Positions 58,951-64,000 of a stretch of DNA of 64,000 nt are shown piece by piece. A program made the translations under genes and the position numbers. The stretch is from contig CANPYE010000002.1 in NCBI GenBank assembly GCA_947588005.1, forward strand, positions 3,733 through 67,732, read 5' to 3'. Source of the stretch: an uncultured Lachnospiraceae bacterium. GTDB lineage: Bacteria > Bacillota > Clostridia > Lachnospirales > Lachnospiraceae. Each line of letters starts with the position of its first letter. Position 1 is the first letter of the stretch. The notes under the pieces are model-generated. The model saw only the letters and a list, made by a program, of their open reading frames with translations. It was not told the origin of the DNA and searched no databases.

Positions 58951-60819
58951 TTATCCCTGCGGCCGGTACGTCGGCACCATTTCCTTCACCAGCGCCTTCA
59001 CCTTCTCCGTATCCTGGTTCGCTACTTCATATAACCTTACCAGGTCACTTTCCAGCTTCCCCGCGTCGAATTCGATCGGTCTGCCAATGTGGATCAGCTG
59101 GTTCGGCGTATCCTGCAGTCCTTCCTCTCCCATCAGCAGCTCCTCATACAGCTTCTCCCCGGGACGCAAGCCCGTGAACTCGATCGGGATATCCACATAA
59201 GGCTCATACCCGGAAAGTCGGATCAGGTTCTCTGCCAGGTCCAGGATCTTCACCGGCTTCCCCATGTCCAGCACGAATATCTCACCGCCCTTCGCATAGG
59301 CACCGGCCTGCAGCACCAGGCTCACAGCCTCCGGGATCGTCATGAAGTACCGGATAATATCCGGGTGCGTCACCGTCACCGGCCCGCCCGCCTCGATCTG
59401 CTTCTTGAACAGCGGGATTACCGATCCATTGCTTCCAAGCACGTTCCCGAACCGCACCGCCACAAAGTCTGTCTTCGATCTGGCGTCCATCATCTGCACA
59501 ACCATCTCACAAAGCCTCTTGCTGGCCCCCATGATGTTCGTCGGGTTCACTGCTTTATCGGTTGATATCAGCACGAACCGCTTCGTCCCGTACTTATCCG
59601 CCGCCTTTGCGGTCTTGTATGTACCGAAGACGTTGTTCTTAATAGCTTCACACGGGCTGTCCTCCATCAGCGGCACATGCTTATGCGCCGCCGCGTGGTA
59701 CACGATATCCGGACGGTATTTCGCGAACACGCTCTCCATCCGGTGCGTGTTCCGCACCGAACCGATCAACACCACCAGGTTCAGCCCCGGGTATTTCTCC
59801 TTCAGCTCCTGCTGGATGTCGTAGGCGTTGTTCTCATACACATCGAAGATGATCAGCTGCTTCGGGTTATGGCCCGCGATCTGCCTGCACAGCTCGCTCC
59901 CGATGGAGCCGCCTCCCCCTGTCACCAGGATGACCTTCCCGCTCACATACCCGATAATCTCATCCAGATTCACCCGGATCGGCTCACGGCCAAGAAGGTC
60001 CTCGATCTGCACCTCCCGAAGCTTTGAGACGCTCACCTCACCGTTCAGCAGCTGGTAGATCCCCGGCAGAATTTTCACCGTACAGCCTGTCCTCTGGCAG
60101 GTGTCGATGATGTCCTTCCGGTCCTGGGCCGGCGCCGCTGGCATCGCGATGTAGATCTCATCCACCCGGTACTTCTCCGCCAGCCTGGGGATGTCGTTCC
60201 GGTTCCCCTCGATGGGGACGCCGTTTAATATCTTGCCGATCTTATTTTTATCGTCGTCCACAAAGCAGACGACCGTGTCGTTCACGAAGGAACTGGTATG
60301 TATCTCCTTCAGAATCACGGTGCCGGACGTCCCGGCGCCAACGATCAGGATTCGCTTCCCATTCCCTCCGCGCCTTTTAGAACCAAACAGGGAGACCCAG
60401 ATCCGGTAGGAGAGGCGGACTGCCAGCACGGCTCCGCAGAGGACCACAAAGGAGATCAGGTAGTAGCTCCTTGGTACTGAAAACTGCAGGATCATCATCC
60501 CGCCGGTCTGCAGAAGGGCCGCGATCCCGCAGGTTTCGACGATATTTAACGCCTCCCGCACGCCCGCGGCGCTCCATACGACGTCGTACATCTTCCGGAA
60601 CAAAAAAACTGCCAGCGTACCGGTAATGTACGTTGGCAGGTACCGTATGACGACGGCCTTATATTCCGGTGGGACGGCCGCCCAGCTCAGGTCGAACCGG
60701 ATGATCAGTCCCAGGAAGGCGGACAAGCAGATGATCGTAGTATCTACTGCCAGAAGGATCACCATCTGCGCCCATTTATTCTTTGGAATATATTTGTTAA
60801 TGAAACGGTTATCTTTCAT
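58951..60819 (-). CDS. capD: Membrane-bound UDP-GlcNAc 4,6-dehydratase (PglF/CapD)
   Basis: N-terminal TMs, IEDLLGRE, GGGGSIGSEL, HAAAHKHVP, STDKAVNP and RFGNVLGS.GSV. Confidence 0.93.
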   Translation of the reverse strand: MKDNRFINKYIPKNKWAQMVILLAVDTTIICLSAFLGLIIRFDLSWAAVPPEYKAVVIRYLPTYITGTLAVFLFRKMYDVVWSAAGVREALNIVETCGIAALLQTGGMMILQFSVPRSYYLISFVVLCGAVLAVRLSYRIWVSLFGSKRRGGNGKRILIVGAGTSGTVILKEIHTSSFVNDTVVCFVDDDKNKIGKILNGVPIEGNRNDIPRLAEKYRVDEIYIAMPAAPAQDRKDIIDTCQRTGCTVKILPGIYQLLNGEVSVSKLREVQIEDLLGREPIRVNLDEIIGYVSGKVILVTGGGGSIGSELCRQIAGHNPKQLIIFDVYENNAYDIQQELKEKYPGLNLVVLIGSVRNTHRMESVFAKYRPDIVYHAAAHKHVPLMEDSPCEAIKNNVFGTYKTAKAADKYGTKRFVLISTDKAVNPTNIMGASKRLCEMVVQMMDARSKTDFVAVRFGNVLGSNGSVIPLFKKQIEAGGPVTVTHPDIIRYFMTIPEAVSLVLQAGAYAKGGEIFVLDMGKPVKILDLAENLIRLSGYEPYVDIPIEFTGLRPGEKLYEELLMGEEGLQDTPNQLIHIGRPIEFDAGKLESDLVRLYEVANQDTEKVKALVKEMVPTYRPQG

Positions 60820-60864
60820 TTATTCCATTCCTTTTGTATCTTTCACACTGACATTCTTCGATTC

Positions 60865-60942
60865 GCCTGGAAATACGAGCAATATATCTCTGGCGTTCTG
60901 CTCGCATGGAAATACAAAAAGAGCGTCGTTAGCGCTCCTTAT
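60865..60942. repeat. Two tandem 39-bp units of the hairpin family; the right unit reads as a minus-strand terminator
   Basis: Units at 60865 and 60904; the minus strand reads GAGCG-CTAACGA-CGCTC-TTTTTGTATTT. Confidence 0.85.
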
Positions 60943-60943
60943 T

Positions 60944-60978
60944 AAAAAGCCCGTACCCCGCATAAAATCGGTCCGGGC
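60944..60978 (-). terminator. Second terminator-like hairpin downstream of loaP
   Basis: GCCCG.ACC...GGT.CGGGC followed by TTTTT on the minus strand. Confidence 0.55.
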
Positions 60979-61067
60979 CTGTTCCCAATATTCCCTTCTG
61001 TTCATCTGCTTATCCGCCAGGGACAAGTTGCCAGGGACAAACTCCCGCGCAAGGCCATCCTCCCCCC

Positions 61068-61826
61068 TCACGACGCCCTGCATACCACCCCCACCGGCAC
61101 CTCCATCGACATATCCTGGCCAAACATTCGTATGCCGATGTCCACGGTAGTCTTCTTCACTTTCCACACGATGCCGCTTAAGCCTTCCAGCGTTCCCGCG
61201 ATGACCGTCACCTGGTCGCCAACCGTCAGGTCGTGCTCCGCGACCGGCTGTTCGATCTGATAATGCTTCGGCAGCGTAAGCGGCGCCTCGACTTTGCCGT
61301 AGGCCAGCTCCTGCCGGATGTCTTCCTGCAAAATGATTCCCAGCACCACCTGCTTGATCTCGCCCAGCAGTCGTACATTGACCAGCGCGTAGCGCTTCTT
61401 GTACTGGTATCTGGCCACCTGATCCTGCCGCAACTTGAGCGGGCCGGTGACGCGCCAGACATGACCGCGGTTATCTTTCTCTACATAAGAGAGACGGACA
61501 ATGTGCGCGTCGTCCAGCATTTCCGTAAAGAAATCTTCCTCGCCTTTTTCCAGAGGAATGAATGTGAACATGCCGTCGGACATAAGCTTCGTCATGGCCG
61601 GAACCAGTTTCAGCCGTTGGAAAAGCTTCTCAGGCATCTCAGTCAGAATGAATACATACCCCGGAAAGAGCCGCTCCACATGGACCATACTCTGCTGCTG
61701 CTTTCGCCAGACCCTCTCGTAATACGCCACAAAACAATCGGTATATGTCTCTCTCGGCAATATTTTCCTGACCATGCGAACCACTTCTTCCTCATGGCCG
61801 GTCAGTGTCTGAATCACATACCACAT
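61068..61826 (-). CDS. loaP: NusG-paralog antiterminator (LoaP-like) with an extra KOW domain
   Basis: MWYVIQ..TG.EE and LFPGYVF NGN domain; two KOW-like modules. Confidence 0.85.
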   Translation of the reverse strand: MWYVIQTLTGHEEEVVRMVRKILPRETYTDCFVAYYERVWRKQQQSMVHVERLFPGYVFILTEMPEKLFQRLKLVPAMTKLMSDGMFTFIPLEKGEEDFFTEMLDDAHIVRLSYVEKDNRGHVWRVTGPLKLRQDQVARYQYKKRYALVNVRLLGEIKQVVLGIILQEDIRQELAYGKVEAPLTLPKHYQIEQPVAEHDLTVGDQVTVIAGTLEGLSGIVWKVKKTTVDIGIRMFGQDMSMEVPVGVVCRAS

Positions 61827-61985
61827 ACAAAGCCTCCTTCACGAGGGTAAGCTTCGCCATTCCTGCGATGATTCACAAAAATCATCCCAGAAACCCTCGC
61901 GCACATAATCCGTGCCCTTATAACCCCTTCCCTGATAACGTAGCCGTCAAACTCCCATCATCTGTTCAGGTTTTAACATTAGCCT

Positions 61986-62014
61986 ATTATAGCACCATCA
62001 TTTTGGTTTTGCAA
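61986..62014 (-). promoter_or_regulatory. Sigma-A promoter of the loaP-polysaccharide operon
   Basis: TTGCAA-17-TATAAT with extended TG. Confidence 0.75.
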
Positions 62015-62161
62015 TCACACTTTTTGGCGGATTTTCCTGTTTCTGTTTCCGTCAGGCATGCTTCGTTGGCTGGCCGCCAAGCGACCAATTCTTCGGCAAA
62101 CGCTGATCCACCGCATCTCGCCGGCTGGCTGCCAGACGACAAATCCGCCAGCGGACGAGCC

Positions 62162-63889
62162 TTACTCTCGCTTCTTCCACAGGAACTCCCCGCGCACAGC
62201 CGGCTGCGCCATCGCAATGCACAGCAGAAGCCACATCACAGGTGTCGCGATCGGCTGGCTGATATTCACAACCGACTGCACAGTATAGCATGCCACCGCG
62301 AAAACAGCCCCGATAATATACGGATTCTCCAGATTCCGCTTCACCGCATTCCACGCGGCGGTCACCAGAATCCCCAAATACGTAATCAGACCCACCGGGC
62401 CGATCGTTACGAAGATCTGCAGGAGCTCATTGTGCACGCTGTCGAAACGCTCGTTATACAGCGACACCATTTCCTCATAGTTATTGATTCTGGTAATAAT
62501 ATCAAATGTATCCGGCCCATATCCGAATACTTTCTGAGGCAGGTCGAACGTCTTATAATCTTCCACAGCAATGCGCCATATATATCCGCGGTGCGTTCCC
62601 CAGCTGTCCTGAAACTGCACATACTGCTGCAGCACTCCATAACGATCCGCGTGTCCCGCGATCGTAGCGTCATATACCGCGTAAGCGATCACAGCGACTG
62701 CGGCCGCTATCACGATCCACCAGGCCCGCGCGATCCAGGCCGGCTTTCGTTGCGGCGCAGCGGTCCCCAACTGCAAATTTTTCTTCGGCGCCGCCTGCGG
62801 CGCAGTTTTTGCCGTACCGCTCCCGCTCCGCTTCCAAAATCTACGAACTGTCAGATCCACTGCATACACAGCATACGCGGCAATTGCCAGAATCCACACA
62901 ATGCGGACGATCTCAGGAAGTTTTTCAGTCCCTGTCACGACCCGGAAGATTCCGGACAGGCGAATCGCCGACGGATACTGCACCTGGGTCCAGGCAACTG
63001 CCTGCAGCGTCGTGAAAAACAGCGCTATCAACAGCAAATACCGACAGAATCCCCTTCGCTTCCTGAACAGATACAGCGGCAGGAACCCAAAGAACGCCAT
63101 CAGCGCAAGATACGCATTGTCGCTCTGGCCCGTGATGATCGCCAGGTACGCAATGACAACGCACACACCGTACCATACCAGTTCCACCACGCTGTCGCAC
63201 GTGGCGAACAATACCCCGGCCATAGCCATAACCATAGCTACACACGCCGTAAACGTATTGATATTGCCAATAAACGACGTAAAGGAAGTATATTGCCCAG
63301 GATCTATATTTTCCTTAAAATGCAATAGATCCAGCGAGAAATAATCGCTGATCCCGAACAGGCACATCGCCATCCCGGAGAGCAAAAACATCTGAATGTG
63401 CCAGCCTTTTACTTTATAGCACCTGCTGACGCAGAAATAAACCGCCGTATTCAACAGCAGAAAAAATGTCCCGACATAGCGGCCCTCATTCCCCCAGAAT
63501 GATTCATACAGAAACGGCGACAGCATCGTGGAAATAATCGCCGCCGCAATAAACAGCACCACCATCACATCCGTACTGCTGAATATATTCCAAAACCGCT
63601 TCCCTTTGAGCCAGGCCTTTATCTTCGGCGGCCATATCTTGTGCCACTGCGCGATCTTAAGCGGCTGAAGCTTCACCAGACCATACAGCGCAAATATCAC
63701 CAGCAGTCCCAGTGTACACGCGCAGTAATAGTGATACTTCGCCTGCAGAATGTTAAAATAAAAATCATCGTACACCAGCATCTGACCGACCAGGATCAGC
63801 AGTACATAGATATCTGTAACAATATTCAGAAAATGACTCCCCCCGCCCCGCTGCTCCCTCGAGCTGCCGGCAGTGCGGTTTTTCTTCAT
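62162..63889 (-). CDS. O-antigen-ligase-family membrane protein
   Basis: G.EGRY.G, GNIN, RG.IW, FGYGPDTF and HNE.LQ...T.G..G. Confidence 0.85.
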   Translation of the reverse strand: MKKNRTAGSSREQRGGGSHFLNIVTDIYVLLILVGQMLVYDDFYFNILQAKYHYYCACTLGLLVIFALYGLVKLQPLKIAQWHKIWPPKIKAWLKGKRFWNIFSSTDVMVVLFIAAAIISTMLSPFLYESFWGNEGRYVGTFFLLLNTAVYFCVSRCYKVKGWHIQMFLLSGMAMCLFGISDYFSLDLLHFKENIDPGQYTSFTSFIGNINTFTACVAMVMAMAGVLFATCDSVVELVWYGVCVVIAYLAIITGQSDNAYLALMAFFGFLPLYLFRKRRGFCRYLLLIALFFTTLQAVAWTQVQYPSAIRLSGIFRVVTGTEKLPEIVRIVWILAIAAYAVYAVDLTVRRFWKRSGSGTAKTAPQAAPKKNLQLGTAAPQRKPAWIARAWWIVIAAAVAVIAYAVYDATIAGHADRYGVLQQYVQFQDSWGTHRGYIWRIAVEDYKTFDLPQKVFGYGPDTFDIITRINNYEEMVSLYNERFDSVHNELLQIFVTIGPVGLITYLGILVTAAWNAVKRNLENPYIIGAVFAVACYTVQSVVNISQPIATPVMWLLLCIAMAQPAVRGEFLWKKRE

Positions 63890-64000
63890 AATATGGTTCT
63901 CCTTATGGTCAATTCATGGTATCATATTAGCGCTGCTCCGCCAGCCACCATCCACGTCCTCAGGCGCCTAATCATTATAGCACACAATACATGCCTCTAC

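Noticed and set aside
60820-61167. 115-aa ORF between loaP and capD
   Set aside because: It overlaps loaP and runs through terminators and repeats, so it is likely spurious.
1-64000. rRNA, tRNA, prophage or intact IS
   Set aside because: No such signatures were recognised.

Overview
A 64-kb chromosomal segment from a spore-forming Clostridia bacterium, probably Lachnospiraceae (inferred from gene content and protein style). The left half (1-32 kb) is mostly minus-strand housekeeping genes: cysE, spoIIID, azlCD, an M18 aminopeptidase, dtd, a small alarmone synthetase, an S1 protein, perR with reverse rubrerythrin, scfAB-secDF-tgt-yajC, and GH43 and GH51 hydrolases. The right half (32-64 kb) is a LoaP-led Wzx/Wzy polysaccharide locus making diNAc-bacillosamine, L-FucNAc and a legionaminic-acid-type sugar. 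The main observations are: (1) a 2-kb decayed defence island (MNT-HEPN toxin-antitoxin, hsdM/hsdS relics) stacked at one site inside spoIIID, marked by three copies of the GISKSTVH-coding core and a 171-bp duplication of the sigma-E promoter plus 5' gene half; (2) a nucleotidyltransferase-kinase-arabinose-5-phosphate-isomerase fusion with a HAD phosphatase and GT9-like transferase, suggesting a heptose-pathway-like route to an NDP-pentose; (3) a dispersed 39-bp hairpin repeat family at five intergenic loci, all in one orientation; (4) an Rpn-like nuclease with a strong internal start; (5) a LoaP with two KOW modules and an ops-like GCGAAGC in its leader. No rRNA, tRNA or CRISPR array was seen. 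All family assignments come from recognising motifs by eye; no searches were run.
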